A DNA stretch of 36,042 bases from an uncultured Parabacteroides sp. Its GTDB lineage: Bacteria; Bacteroidota; Bacteroidia; Bacteroidales; Tannerellaceae. Under the pieces are notes generated by a model that had not been told where the DNA came from, did no database searches, and was given only the letters and a program-made list of their open reading frames with translations. Made by a program: the position numbers and the translations under genes. Within the stretch, counting starts at the first letter, position 1. Each line of letters starts with the position of its first letter. The DNA is taken from assembly GCA_944323815.1 (NCBI GenBank), contig CALUTX010000001.1:1-36042 (forward strand). Reading direction: 5' to 3'. Below, piece by piece: positions 18,240 to 27,542 of the stretch.

Positions 18240-18938
18240 TCACTGATTCAGCAATTGCAACGTATGGCAAGCGACCAATGCGGCCGTTTCCGTACGCAGG
18301 CGGCTTTCGCCCAAGGAGATGGGCTGAAAGCCCTGTTCGAGCGCCAGGTTTACCTCTTCCGGACTGAAATCGCCCTCCGGCCCAATCAGTACCAAGGCAT
18401 GGCTTCCCGGATGGTAACACGCTTTCAAGAGCTGTTTTTCACCGGTTCCGCAATGGGCGATGAATTTCTGTCCGTCAAAAGGCCGCTTGACAAAATCCCG
18501 AAAGTCTGTCATCCCTTCCAGCAAAGGCAACGTCGCTTTCTGAGACTGCTTGATTGCACTCACCGCAATCTTCTCCAAGCGGGCGAGCTTTATTTCTCTG
18601 CGCTCAGAAAAACGACAATTCAGGCAGGTCACCGCATCTATCCCGATTTCCGTCGCCTTCTCGACAAACCATTCCATCCGGTCCATATTTTTCGTCGGCG
18701 CAACCGCGATGTGCAACCGGAAGTTCCACAACGCCGGCTGCTGCCATTTTCGTTCAATCCGGACTTCGCAATGCTTCGGATGCGGACGCTCAATCACGGC
18801 ATCGTAAAAGAAACCCCGCCCGTCCGTAATCCGGATGGCATCGCCTATGTCCAAACGAAGGACACGCACACAATGTCCCGACTCTTCCTCCGAGAGCACG
18901 GGATGAATCGAAATATCCGGTACATAAAACAACTGCAT
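18240..18938 (-). CDS. rsmE: 16S rRNA (uracil1498-N3)-methyltransferase (start re-called at MQLFYVPDI, 232 aa)
   Basis: HCVRVLR, EKATEIG, LIGPEGDFS and LGESRLRTETA motifs. The 85-aa upstream extension in the ORF track overlaps nupC out of frame. Confidence 0.95.
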   Translation of the reverse strand: MQLFYVPDISIHPVLSEEESGHCVRVLRLDIGDAIRITDGRGFFYDAVIERPHPKHCEVRIERKWQQPALWNFRLHIAVAPTKNMDRMEWFVEKATEIGIDAVTCLNCRFSERREIKLARLEKIAVSAIKQSQKATLPLLEGMTDFRDFVKRPFDGQKFIAHCGTGEKQLLKACYHPGSHALVLIGPEGDFSPEEVNLALEQGFQPISLGESRLRTETAALVACHTLQLLNQ

Positions 18939-18964
18939 TTCCTTTTCCTCTCTTTTTCTTTTTT

Positions 18965-20284
18965 TCAATTCCCCAAAATCATCCCAATGATCGTAGCGGA
19001 TAGGACGGAAACCAACGCTCCTCCCACCATGGCCGGAACACCCAAACGAGTAATCAACTCCCGTTTCTCGGGAGCCAACACGCCCATTCCTCCCAACAAA
19101 ATGCCAATCGAAGAAATATTGGCGAAACCGCACAATAGGTAAGTCGACATCAAAATCGATTTCTGATAGACGAACATCCCGGCCTCTTTCCACTCCTGCA
19201 ACTGGAAATAAGCGACAAATTCATTCAAAATCGTCTTCTGTCCCAACAAAGAGCCCACCAACAACATATCCTGATAAGGAATCCCTATCAACCACATGAA
19301 AGGAGCCAAAAGCACACCTAAAATCAATTGGAAAGTCAACCCCTGCGCCTTCCCATCCGAAACCGACTGAATCCACTCGTTCAACCCCGTATACCGTCCA
19401 ATGACGCCTTCCAACAAATAGTTCGCCATCGCGACCAGCGCAATAAACACCAATAGCATGGCGGCAATATTCACCATCAGGCGCACACCTGTCGATGTCC
19501 CGGCAGCCAATGCGCCTAAAACACTCGAATAGGTTCTCGTATGCTCCATTTTTACCAAACGCTCGTCCACTTGTTCTGTCTGCGGACAAATGATTTTCGC
19601 CAGCACAATCGCCCCCGGCGCAGCCATCAAAGAGGCAGACAACAGATGCTTGGCAAACAAAACCCGTGCTGCTTGGTCACCACCTGCCAACATACCGATA
19701 TACGTCGCCATCACAGTGCCCGCAATCGTCCCCATGCCGGCAACCATCACCAAAAACAGTTCGGAACGGTTCATTTTCGGCAGGTAATTCTTTATCAACA
19801 CAGGCGCTTCCGTCATTCCCAAAAACACATTTCCCGAAACAACCAGTCCTTCCGCCCCCGATATACGCAAAAAACGGCGTAGCAGCCATGACATACCGCT
19901 CACCACCCATTGAATGATTCCCCAATGGTAGAACAACGAGACCAAAGCCGAAAAGAATATCACCACAGGCAAAGAGTTGAGCAGGAAAATAAAACCTTTG
20001 CTTTGGGCAATCAAAGGCCCCAACAGAAATTGCACACCTTCTTGAGTGAAATCCATCAACTTGACAAAAATCTTTCCAATCCACTCCAAAGCAATTCCCA
20101 CCGCAGGGACATACAATACAGCCAACGCAAACAACAACTGCATCAACAATCCGGCTCCCACCAGCTTCCAGTCAATCCGCTTTCGGTCGTAACTCATCCA
20201 ATAAGCAACTCCCAACACAATCGCAATCCCCAAAAAACCTCTGCATACAGAAACCAGACTCAGGCTCAATTGCGGCTCCGTCAT
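18965..20284 (-). CDS. NupC/CNT-family concentrative nucleoside transporter
   Basis: Polytopic; IFFSAL..LFYHWG, NVFLGMTEAP, HLLSASLMAAP, KTILNEFVAY and LCGFANISSIGI motifs. Confidence 0.93.
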   Translation of the reverse strand: MTEPQLSLSLVSVCRGFLGIAIVLGVAYWMSYDRKRIDWKLVGAGLLMQLLFALAVLYVPAVGIALEWIGKIFVKLMDFTQEGVQFLLGPLIAQSKGFIFLLNSLPVVIFFSALVSLFYHWGIIQWVVSGMSWLLRRFLRISGAEGLVVSGNVFLGMTEAPVLIKNYLPKMNRSELFLVMVAGMGTIAGTVMATYIGMLAGGDQAARVLFAKHLLSASLMAAPGAIVLAKIICPQTEQVDERLVKMEHTRTYSSVLGALAAGTSTGVRLMVNIAAMLLVFIALVAMANYLLEGVIGRYTGLNEWIQSVSDGKAQGLTFQLILGVLLAPFMWLIGIPYQDMLLVGSLLGQKTILNEFVAYFQLQEWKEAGMFVYQKSILMSTYLLCGFANISSIGILLGGMGVLAPEKRELITRLGVPAMVGGALVSVLSATIIGMILGN

Positions 20285-20913
20285 GACGTCCCCTCCTTTC
20301 GACGGCGCAATTCATCCCGGTACATCCGAGCGTATTCATAATTTTCCTCCGCAACCGCCTCTTCCAAACGGCTGTTCAATTCATCTTTATCCAACAGAGA
20401 AAGCCAGCGCTTCAACTGCTCTTCGTCATGTATGTCTTCCGGCTCCAGATTCAAGATATATTCATCTTCATCGTGAGCCGTAAATGTTTCCCTCGGTCCA
20501 TTCTCCAAAACGACGCCACATTCTTTTACAATTTCCGGAGAGGTATAAATGCTGCAATTTACCCGCAACGCGATTGCAATCGCATCGGAAGTCCGCGAAT
20601 CCAAACGCACCGTATCCGCCCCTTTGTCAAATATCAATTCCGAATAAAAAACACCATCTTGAAACTTATAGATATAAACCTCACGCAGCTGAATGCCCAA
20701 CGTCCGGGTCAAAGCCACAAACAAATCATGCGTCAACGGGCGAGGAGGCGTGATATGCTCCAAAGCAATCGCAATCGATTGCGCCTCTGCCGTGCCGACA
20801 ATAATCGGGATACGATAAAAACCTTTCTCTTCAGCCAAAATCAAGGCATACGCTCCGGCCTGTATTTGGCTGTTGGTCAACCCCTGTACACGCAATTTTA
20901 CTTTTGTATCCAC
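20281..20913 (-). CDS. Bifunctional nuclease (DUF151) with C-terminal UVR motif
   Basis: IPIIVGTAEAQSI, RPLTHDL and DSRTSDAIAIALR; AVAEENYEYARMYRDEL (UVR). GTG start; 4-bp overlap with nupC. Confidence 0.9.
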   Translation of the reverse strand: MDTKVKLRVQGLTNSQIQAGAYALILAEEKGFYRIPIIVGTAEAQSIAIALEHITPPRPLTHDLFVALTRTLGIQLREVYIYKFQDGVFYSELIFDKGADTVRLDSRTSDAIAIALRVNCSIYTSPEIVKECGVVLENGPRETFTAHDEDEYILNLEPEDIHDEEQLKRWLSLLDKDELNSRLEEAVAEENYEYARMYRDELRRRKEGTS

Positions 20914-20939
20914 ACTTTCTCCCTTTTTTAAGTCACATA

Positions 20940-20947
20940 CAAAAGTA
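20940..20947 (-). promoter_or_regulatory. -7 promoter element for the DUF151-nupC-rsmE-maa operon
   Basis: CAAAAGTA reads TACTTTTG on the minus strand. Confidence 0.65.
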
Positions 20948-21006
20948 ATATTATTTCGACTATACTGAATAAGATTTATCGAGAAGAATCACAAACGGAC
21001 TAAAAT

Positions 21007-21078
21007 AAAAAAGAAAAGGTTGTCATCACGACAACCAATCTTCATTGCTAACCTTAAATCTAATACCATGAAAAACAC
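21007..21078 (-). ncRNA. Candidate stand-alone ~72-nt sRNA (resembles the multicopy Bacteroides paralogous sRNA family)
   Basis: TATATTTG -7 box at 21083-21090; body GUGUUUUUCAUGGUAUUAGAUUUAAGGUUAGC; terminator GGUUGUC-gugau-GACAACC plus U-tract. Confidence 0.7.
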
Positions 21079-21178
21079 GATGCAAATATAGAGGATTTTA
21101 TGTTATCCAGCATATTTTTCGCCATAAAAATGCACCACATTAACATTATTTGGCTTATACGGGGAGCTTCTCCCCGAA

Positions 21179-21264
21179 GAAACTAAAGTTTCCCCGAAAT
21201 GAAACAGAAGTTTCTTGCCAGTGAAACTTTTGTTTCACCACAAAGAAACGAATGAAACTTTTTT
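21179..21264. repeat. 22-bp-period GAAAC-N4-GTTTC array, copy 2
   Basis: Units at 21179, 21201, 21223 and 21245 (partial): GAAACTAAAGTTTC, GAAACAGAAGTTTC, GAAACTTTTGTTTC. Confidence 0.85.
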
Positions 21265-21281
21265 ACGAAAAATGAAATCCG

Positions 21282-22436
21282 TCAAATCGGTAAATATTTC
21301 GCCAAGCGGTAAATCCAGCGGACCGACAGACGATGCCACAACGAAATCGGCATCTCTTCCAACAAAATATCCGAGCGGAGCTCGCGCAGAATCAGCCAAT
21401 CCGCCTGTTTCACCCAATGCCGGAAAACCGGATTAGCCGAATGCGTTTTCGACAACTGAAGCAAAGCATCCAAATCAAACTGATGGGCAACGACTCCCGC
21501 CCCTGAATGGGACGCGTCGAAAGCATTGCAGGCCTGCTCGATATGCGTCGGCACCATCAGCACCGGCTTCCCCAAATACATCGCTTCGCAAACCGACTCG
21601 AAACCGGCTGTCGTCGCATACGCTTTTGCGCCTGCCATATAGCGGATAAAGAGTTTGTCGTCCAATTGGTGGAAAGAAAGACGTTCATCGACTTTGAGCT
21701 CCGGTTCCACATCTTTCTTATCCCAAAAGATATGCAACGCGACATCCGGATGCGCCTTGTGCCACGCGCGAATCTCCTCGCTAAAACCGCTATTCAGCAG
21801 ATAACCATGCAAATAATTTCCCTCCGTCGGCTGTACACCCAGCACCTCCTTACGCAACAATGGCGGCACCACAATCAGACGGTCTGCCGGCACTTCGCGC
21901 ATTTGCCTGAAAGAAAGGGCCAGCTTCTTCGTTGCCCCGATAGCGGTCAGCCGCGTAAAAAATTTCAGAGAGGCAAGCGAGAAGCGGTTTTCGTCCGGGA
22001 ACACAAAGTCCGGATGCAAAAACAAGTATTGATGGGCAATGCAGACCATTATCGCCTTGGGGCGGCAAAGCAGATAGGTAAGCCCCGTCAGCAGCTCATA
22101 GAAATTCACAACCACATCCGCTTCCGTTTCCTTTATCATCCGGTTGATATACCGAATGCTGAAAAGGTATTTATGCATCCTGAACAGGTTGTAGGCTACG
22201 CTTTTCACCAGATTCACCTGCTTGTTTTTCGCGGTCGGAAGGAAATTGGGACTCTCGAACGGATAAATGGGGACATGGATTTTCTCGCTAAAAAAAGCGG
22301 GGATTTGCCGCGCCGGACTTTTCCCGACCAACACGCCCACAACTTGATGTCCCTCGTCAGCCAATTTCTGGCGAAGCGAAAGCGCCTGCGTCAAATGTCC
22401 ACGCCCCTCTCCTTGTATGATAAACAATACTCTCAT
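21282..22436 (-). CDS. GT-B glycosyltransferase, MJ1255/VC2487-like family
   Basis: QGEGRGHLTQA, TTAGFESVCEAMYLGKPVLMVP and EQACNA motifs; overlaps the stop of the upstream phosphoesterase by 4 bp. Confidence 0.85.
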   Translation of the reverse strand: MRVLFIIQGEGRGHLTQALSLRQKLADEGHQVVGVLVGKSPARQIPAFFSEKIHVPIYPFESPNFLPTAKNKQVNLVKSVAYNLFRMHKYLFSIRYINRMIKETEADVVVNFYELLTGLTYLLCRPKAIMVCIAHQYLFLHPDFVFPDENRFSLASLKFFTRLTAIGATKKLALSFRQMREVPADRLIVVPPLLRKEVLGVQPTEGNYLHGYLLNSGFSEEIRAWHKAHPDVALHIFWDKKDVEPELKVDERLSFHQLDDKLFIRYMAGAKAYATTAGFESVCEAMYLGKPVLMVPTHIEQACNAFDASHSGAGVVAHQFDLDALLQLSKTHSANPVFRHWVKQADWLILRELRSDILLEEMPISLWHRLSVRWIYRLAKYLPI

Positions 22437-23233
22437 ATAACTTCGGCATAATGTAACAGAGAAGCATCATCCTCGCTTTGTTGAAACTCTTCCCTATTAT
22501 AAGAAACAATATTCCATTCACCTTGTTCATTTTCAACAAGCGCAGTCAGGCTTTCTACCCAATCACCCGAGTTCAAGTAATGGATATTTCCATACCACGT
22601 ATTGGCCGCCTGATGAATGTGTCCGCAAATAATACCGTCCAGTTTACGCGCCTCAGCCAGTTTCACCAATTCCTTTTCAAAATCAGAAATATAGGAAACC
22701 GCACTCTTCACTTTGTGCTTGACGTGCTGAGAAAGAGAAAAATAAGGTTTCCCCATCTTTTCCCGATGCTGATTATACAAACGGTTCAGCCACAACAGGA
22801 AAGTATAACCGATATCTCCCAACATAGCCAACCAACGCATGTTGGTCGTAATCGTATCGAAGATATCGCCATGCGTCACCAAGTAACGTTTTCCGTGCGT
22901 CTCCAGCACATAATCCTTCACGATAGACAAGTTAGAAAAAGAAAAAGGGACCAGATTATCCAAGAAATCATCATGATTTCCTCGCACATAGATAATCTGC
23001 GTCCCTTGTTTTTCCATCATTTTCATCAACACTTTAAAGAAAGCCGTATGCTGTTGTTTCCAGCGTCGACGTGGTTTTTGCAATTGCCACCCGTCAATGA
23101 TATCCCCATTTAATATCAGACGGTCACAATCAACATGTTTCAGGAAGTTTGTAACCTCTTCCGTCCGGGAATGCTCCGACCCCAAATGAATGTCCGACAA
23201 AACAACAGTCGGATAATACTTTCTTAATTTCAT
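22433..23233 (-). CDS. Calcineurin-like metallophosphoesterase, PlcP/LpxH2-like (usually annotated UDP-2,3-diacylglucosamine diphosphatase)
   Basis: SDIHLG, LNGDIIDGW, GNHDD, HGDIFD, CGHIH and YLNSGDWVES motifs. Confidence 0.88.
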   Translation of the reverse strand: MKLRKYYPTVVLSDIHLGSEHSRTEEVTNFLKHVDCDRLILNGDIIDGWQLQKPRRRWKQQHTAFFKVLMKMMEKQGTQIIYVRGNHDDFLDNLVPFSFSNLSIVKDYVLETHGKRYLVTHGDIFDTITTNMRWLAMLGDIGYTFLLWLNRLYNQHREKMGKPYFSLSQHVKHKVKSAVSYISDFEKELVKLAEARKLDGIICGHIHQAANTWYGNIHYLNSGDWVESLTALVENEQGEWNIVSYNREEFQQSEDDASLLHYAEVI

Positions 23234-23254
23234 GCTTCCATTCTAAGAGATGTA

Positions 23255-23312
23255 CAAAAATACATACTTCTTATTACAGAAATGCAACAAATGGGTGAAA
23301 AAAGGGTGAAGA
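23255..23312 (-). promoter_or_regulatory. -7 element plus 11-bp-period direct repeats (Pho-box-like)
   Basis: TATTTTTG at 23255-23262. Minus-strand heptamers TCTTCAC, TTTTCAC, TTGTTGC and CTGTAAT at exact 11-bp spacing (cores at 23306, 23295, 23284, 23273). Confidence 0.45.
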
Positions 23313-23338
23313 GGGAGACACAAAATATGTCTATAATT

Positions 23339-24190
23339 TCAAAACATCCGTTCAGTGACTTGATTAAAATATTCGATACTCTTCTTTATCTCCGGTAACG
23401 AATTATCCCAATTGTATTCATATTCAATCGAAATATACCCCTTGAACTGTTGTTCTTTCATAATTTCCATCATCTTCTCGACATCCAACACACCTGTACC
23501 CCAAACCACATCATGCGGGTCACCTGTTTCCGGTGAAGCAATATCCTTGAAATGGAATGAAATTATACGACTTTTCAATCGATTCAGGCAATCCAACTGG
23601 TTCAATCCTTCCCGACGCCAATGACCGACATCCGCACACGAACCTATCAGCTTACTCCGCCCCGATATCGCATCTAACAATAACGACGGGTTCCAGTAGG
23701 ATGAGGGTTGGGGATGATTGTGGACTGCTACCCTGATTCCGTACTGCTCGGCCAACTTTTCAACCTCGTCCCAATCCGCTAACGATGGTTCGCAGGTAAT
23801 CATCTCCATCTCCATCGACCGGGCAAAAGCAAACAGTTTCGGCCAATCGGAAGCCACACTCGGGATGAAAACACCCGTTGCGACTATCTTCACTCCTTTC
23901 GAAGCGGACATAGCTTTCAGCTCTCTTTGTGTCTGCGTATCCAAATTAAAATCAAACGGACGATCTCCCCATTTCCCTCCTAATTTATGACCGGGATACA
24001 CCTCGATATATTTGATTCCCAATTCAGCCGTTTTGTCCAATGCCTCTACCAAAGTGAACCGATGAAACGTGTACGACTGGATTGCTAGTTTCCAATCTGA
24101 CTCATTAGCACCTGTTCCCTGTGCCCGTACGGAAAACAGAAACATTGTGTAGGCGCAAATCCACAAAAATATGGTTAATTGTCTTTTCAT
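23339..24190 (-). CDS. Secreted xylose-isomerase-like TIM-barrel protein (sugar phosphate isomerase/epimerase family)
   Basis: Signal peptide ending VRA-Q; VHNHP, CADVGHW, HFKD and IEYE metal-binding motifs. Confidence 0.88.
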   Translation of the reverse strand: MKRQLTIFLWICAYTMFLFSVRAQGTGANESDWKLAIQSYTFHRFTLVEALDKTAELGIKYIEVYPGHKLGGKWGDRPFDFNLDTQTQRELKAMSASKGVKIVATGVFIPSVASDWPKLFAFARSMEMEMITCEPSLADWDEVEKLAEQYGIRVAVHNHPQPSSYWNPSLLLDAISGRSKLIGSCADVGHWRREGLNQLDCLNRLKSRIISFHFKDIASPETGDPHDVVWGTGVLDVEKMMEIMKEQQFKGYISIEYEYNWDNSLPEIKKSIEYFNQVTERMF

Positions 24191-24199
24191 CTCCTTTCT

Positions 24200-25714
24200 T
24201 TATTTAGGCATTCCAGGTAAGCTAAAACCATTCTTATACGTATGCTTGATCCATTCTGACACCATCTCTAACGCATTGAAATCCGCATAACGACGATCAA
24301 AACGTGGATCCCCGTCTATCACTTTAAAATCATCCACTGTCACAATCTTGATTGTATCAGTCGGGGATATGTTCGTGAAACGCATGTTTTCCCCATCCCA
24401 TTTCAACTCACGGTGCAGACCGTTCAGCCCGGACAAACGAACAGCCAACACTCCCATCACCACCATCTCATTAAATGGACCCGAAAACTGGAAATTAGAC
24501 GATGCTTCTGTCCGGTTTTCCGGAGATTCCTTGCAAGCACGTATCCAATCTTGTTCATGCGCATTGGTCGTCCATATATCCCCGTTCCCACCTCTTACTC
24601 GTGGTATCGTCGGCTTCGGTTGTTCAAAATGAGCCATCTCTGACGTAGGAAGCAATGTCGGATTCATTCCATAACAGCCCGTCATGATTTTCCCTTTACT
24701 TCCCACGAAAATAATTCCTCCATTCGAATCGCCCATCATTTCGCCATCCTTCAATTCTTCCGGACGAGGTGGCATCAACCCTCCGTCGTACCAATAAACT
24801 TTCACTTCGGGCATTTTGATTTTCCCTTTGGGTGGACGGGCCGGAAACGTATAAGTCACAATTTGGGCATGAGGGGGTGAATACAGATTACTTAATGTCG
24901 AACTGCCGATTACACTGGTCGGATATTTCAAATCCAACGCCCAATACAACGGATCCATGATGTGACATGCCATGTCCCCCAATGCTCCGGTTCCAAAATC
25001 CCACCAACCTCGCCAATTCCACGGCGTATAAGAGGGATGATAGGGACGTTTTTCCGCCGGGCCGATGAACAAATCCCAGTCCAATGTCTCCGAACATGCG
25101 GGAGTATCTGAGGGTTTCATCAACCCCTGAGGCCAAATCGGACGGTCTGTCCAACAATGTACTTCGGTTACTTCACCTATTACACCGGCGGCTATCCATT
25201 CAGCTACTTGACGGCACCAATCGAACGAATTCCCTTGATTACCCATTTGGGTTGCCACTTTGTATTTCTTTGCCAACCTGGTCAACAAACGAGACTCATA
25301 CACCGAATGGGTCAATGGTTTTTGCGTATAACAATGTTTTCCCAGCGTAATGGCATGGGCTGTCACTCCTGCATGCGTATGATCCGGTGTCGCCACCAAT
25401 ATCGCATCAATGGATTTTCCCATCTCGTCGAACATCACACGCCAATCTTTAAACCGACGGGCTTGTGGATAGTCATTGAATGTCTTCGCTGCATAACCCC
25501 AATCCACATCGCACAAAGCCACTATATTCTCCGTTTTCATATTGGACAGGTTTCGACGTCCCATTCCTCCCACACCGATACCTGCTATGTTCAACTTGTC
25601 ACTCGGCGCAGTAAATCCGAAACTTTTTCCCAATACTTTACTCGGTACAATCGTTAACCCAGCTGTGGCCAACACACTACCCTGCAAAAATGTCCGTCTT
25701 GTTATTGTCTTCAT
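24200..25714 (-). CDS. Tat-exported Gfo/Idh/MocA NAD(P)-dependent oxidoreductase
   Basis: TRRTFL twin-arginine signal; GIGVGGMG, ATPDHTH, QKPLTHS, WRGWWDFGTGALGDMACH. Confidence 0.92.
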   Translation of the reverse strand: MKTITRRTFLQGSVLATAGLTIVPSKVLGKSFGFTAPSDKLNIAGIGVGGMGRRNLSNMKTENIVALCDVDWGYAAKTFNDYPQARRFKDWRVMFDEMGKSIDAILVATPDHTHAGVTAHAITLGKHCYTQKPLTHSVYESRLLTRLAKKYKVATQMGNQGNSFDWCRQVAEWIAAGVIGEVTEVHCWTDRPIWPQGLMKPSDTPACSETLDWDLFIGPAEKRPYHPSYTPWNWRGWWDFGTGALGDMACHIMDPLYWALDLKYPTSVIGSSTLSNLYSPPHAQIVTYTFPARPPKGKIKMPEVKVYWYDGGLMPPRPEELKDGEMMGDSNGGIIFVGSKGKIMTGCYGMNPTLLPTSEMAHFEQPKPTIPRVRGGNGDIWTTNAHEQDWIRACKESPENRTEASSNFQFSGPFNEMVVMGVLAVRLSGLNGLHRELKWDGENMRFTNISPTDTIKIVTVDDFKVIDGDPRFDRRYADFNALEMVSEWIKHTYKNGFSLPGMPK

Positions 25715-25737
25715 TTTCTATCTTCTCCAATTTATAA

Positions 25738-27525
25738 TCATTTAAACAACGATATAAGTTCCTGCAAATGTTTTTCATAAATATCACGAGGCTGACAATT
25801 ATATTTTTTACACAAAAATGCAGCCTTTCCAACAACTTCACCCATCATTCCACAAGTATTCATTACTCGAACGGTTCCTAATACAATATGTGTTACACTA
25901 ATATTACGACCAGCCATAAACATATTGGATACATTTTTTGAATAAAAACATCTATACGGAATATGATACGGTGGAAAATCTCGATTATGATCTGCGACAC
26001 CCCAAAATTCCTTTCGTGGGTAATATTGAGTATTCTTAGGATCAGGATAGTGCAAATCAATTCCCCATGTTGTAGTGACACAGGCGTCTGGATAAATTGT
26101 ATCTTTTTCTATATCCAACTCAGATAACAATATATCCCCAACAAGCCGACGCGACTCCCTTTTTCCTGCAATATAAGCCATCCATTTTAATTTCCAACGT
26201 GCATTTTCTTCTTTTTTATAGTTCTTCAAAAAAGCCCAATGTCCATAATTTACTCGAAAATTATAATCACGTACAAACTCCGCATCCATAACTTTATCTT
26301 CATAGAACCCCGTTTCCCAATACCAAGCACTAGATTTATTGTTTGAGTAATATCCCGGTTGAAATTGTACAGCCCAAGGACACTCAGGAAATATAGATTC
26401 CTTCTCTTGCAGTTCTGCAAACCAATGATTTGTCGTTCCCATTGTTAAATTATCAGCTTCAAGAGGAGCTTTAGGTTCTTGTGTCTCTCCAAAACTTTCT
26501 CTTCCCATCTTATACATCGCCCCTGCCAAATATCCTAAGTTTCCATCCCCTGTACAATCAACAAATAAAGGGGCTTTAAAACTTAGTTCTTCATGAGTAA
26601 TTATATTTTGTGCTATCACTTCCGATATCTGTTCATTCACACACCTGACAGCACTTACATGTGTAGACAAATACAAACTAATATTTTTTTCTCTTTGTAT
26701 TAATTCAAGTTTCTTTCTATCTCCATAAGCTTCAGGTGAGGCATTTTCTGAGGTTACTTCAGTAGCAATCTCTTTCACAATAGACCCAAGTTGAGGATAA
26801 AGATTCTTACTCATATCTCCATTTAACGGAATCCGTACCTCAGAACTATTATTACCACCTAATACCGGACGATTTTGTATCAAAGCCACTTTTAGCCCAT
26901 ATCTAGCTGCTTGTATTGCTGTACACATCCCTGAAATACCGCCACCAACAACCACCAAATCAAATATACCCGCACTCTGTGGTTTATCTGATATATTCAA
27001 TTTTTTCTTCCTAAAAACGGCCAAGGCATTCTTTTCTGATGGAGGAGGTGTTTGATTCGTAGAAAAATAAATTGCATCAATACGTCCCTCGAATCCTGAC
27101 AAATCATGAATTCCAATTTCAACTTTAATTTTATTCGAGATATTCACTTCTCCTCCAAATTCCCAGTGCCATTGCATATTACCATCTTGTCCCAAAATAG
27201 TAGACAAATTCCGCCCATTAATTGATAGAGAAAATTTACCGGGTCCTATTGGATACGGTGACCAATCCTTGGTCCGTACCCAAACATAGTATTTTCCTGT
27301 ACTAGGAAAATCAACCATTGTGGTTGCAGACTTAACAGGTTCTCCTAATCCATGTGCAAGCAAATATGCAGATCCCATCTGATCAATAAATTGAGCATCT
27401 ACAGACCATCCACCTAACTGTTCAAATTGTTCGGCTTCAATCCAACATTCTTTTCCTTCTTCTCGACATGCGGTAAAAAGAAAAATAAATATTCCTATAA
27501 ATAATAACATTACTTTTTGCATCAT
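25738..27525 (-). CDS. Lipoprotein FAD-dependent oxidoreductase (FAD_oxidored-type) with N-terminal beta-sandwich domain
   Basis: Lipobox FTA-C; DLVVVGGGISG, RPVLGGNNSSE, VDCTGDG, KRESRRLVGD, IPYRCFYS, AGRNIS and RVMNTC motifs. Confidence 0.88.
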   Translation of the reverse strand: MMQKVMLLFIGIFIFLFTACREEGKECWIEAEQFEQLGGWSVDAQFIDQMGSAYLLAHGLGEPVKSATTMVDFPSTGKYYVWVRTKDWSPYPIGPGKFSLSINGRNLSTILGQDGNMQWHWEFGGEVNISNKIKVEIGIHDLSGFEGRIDAIYFSTNQTPPPSEKNALAVFRKKKLNISDKPQSAGIFDLVVVGGGISGMCTAIQAARYGLKVALIQNRPVLGGNNSSEVRIPLNGDMSKNLYPQLGSIVKEIATEVTSENASPEAYGDRKKLELIQREKNISLYLSTHVSAVRCVNEQISEVIAQNIITHEELSFKAPLFVDCTGDGNLGYLAGAMYKMGRESFGETQEPKAPLEADNLTMGTTNHWFAELQEKESIFPECPWAVQFQPGYYSNNKSSAWYWETGFYEDKVMDAEFVRDYNFRVNYGHWAFLKNYKKEENARWKLKWMAYIAGKRESRRLVGDILLSELDIEKDTIYPDACVTTTWGIDLHYPDPKNTQYYPRKEFWGVADHNRDFPPYHIPYRCFYSKNVSNMFMAGRNISVTHIVLGTVRVMNTCGMMGEVVGKAAFLCKKYNCQPRDIYEKHLQELISLFK

Positions 27526-27542
27526 AAATTTACCACATTACA

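Noticed and set aside
17847-19142. 431-aa plus-strand ORF spanning maa, rsmE and nupC
   Set aside because: Antisense to three well-supported genes, with a non-protein-like composition.
18939-19193. 85-aa N-terminal extension of RsmE in the ORF track
   Set aside because: Overlaps the nupC 3' end in another frame. RsmE homology starts at MQLFY (18938) behind an A/G-rich leader.
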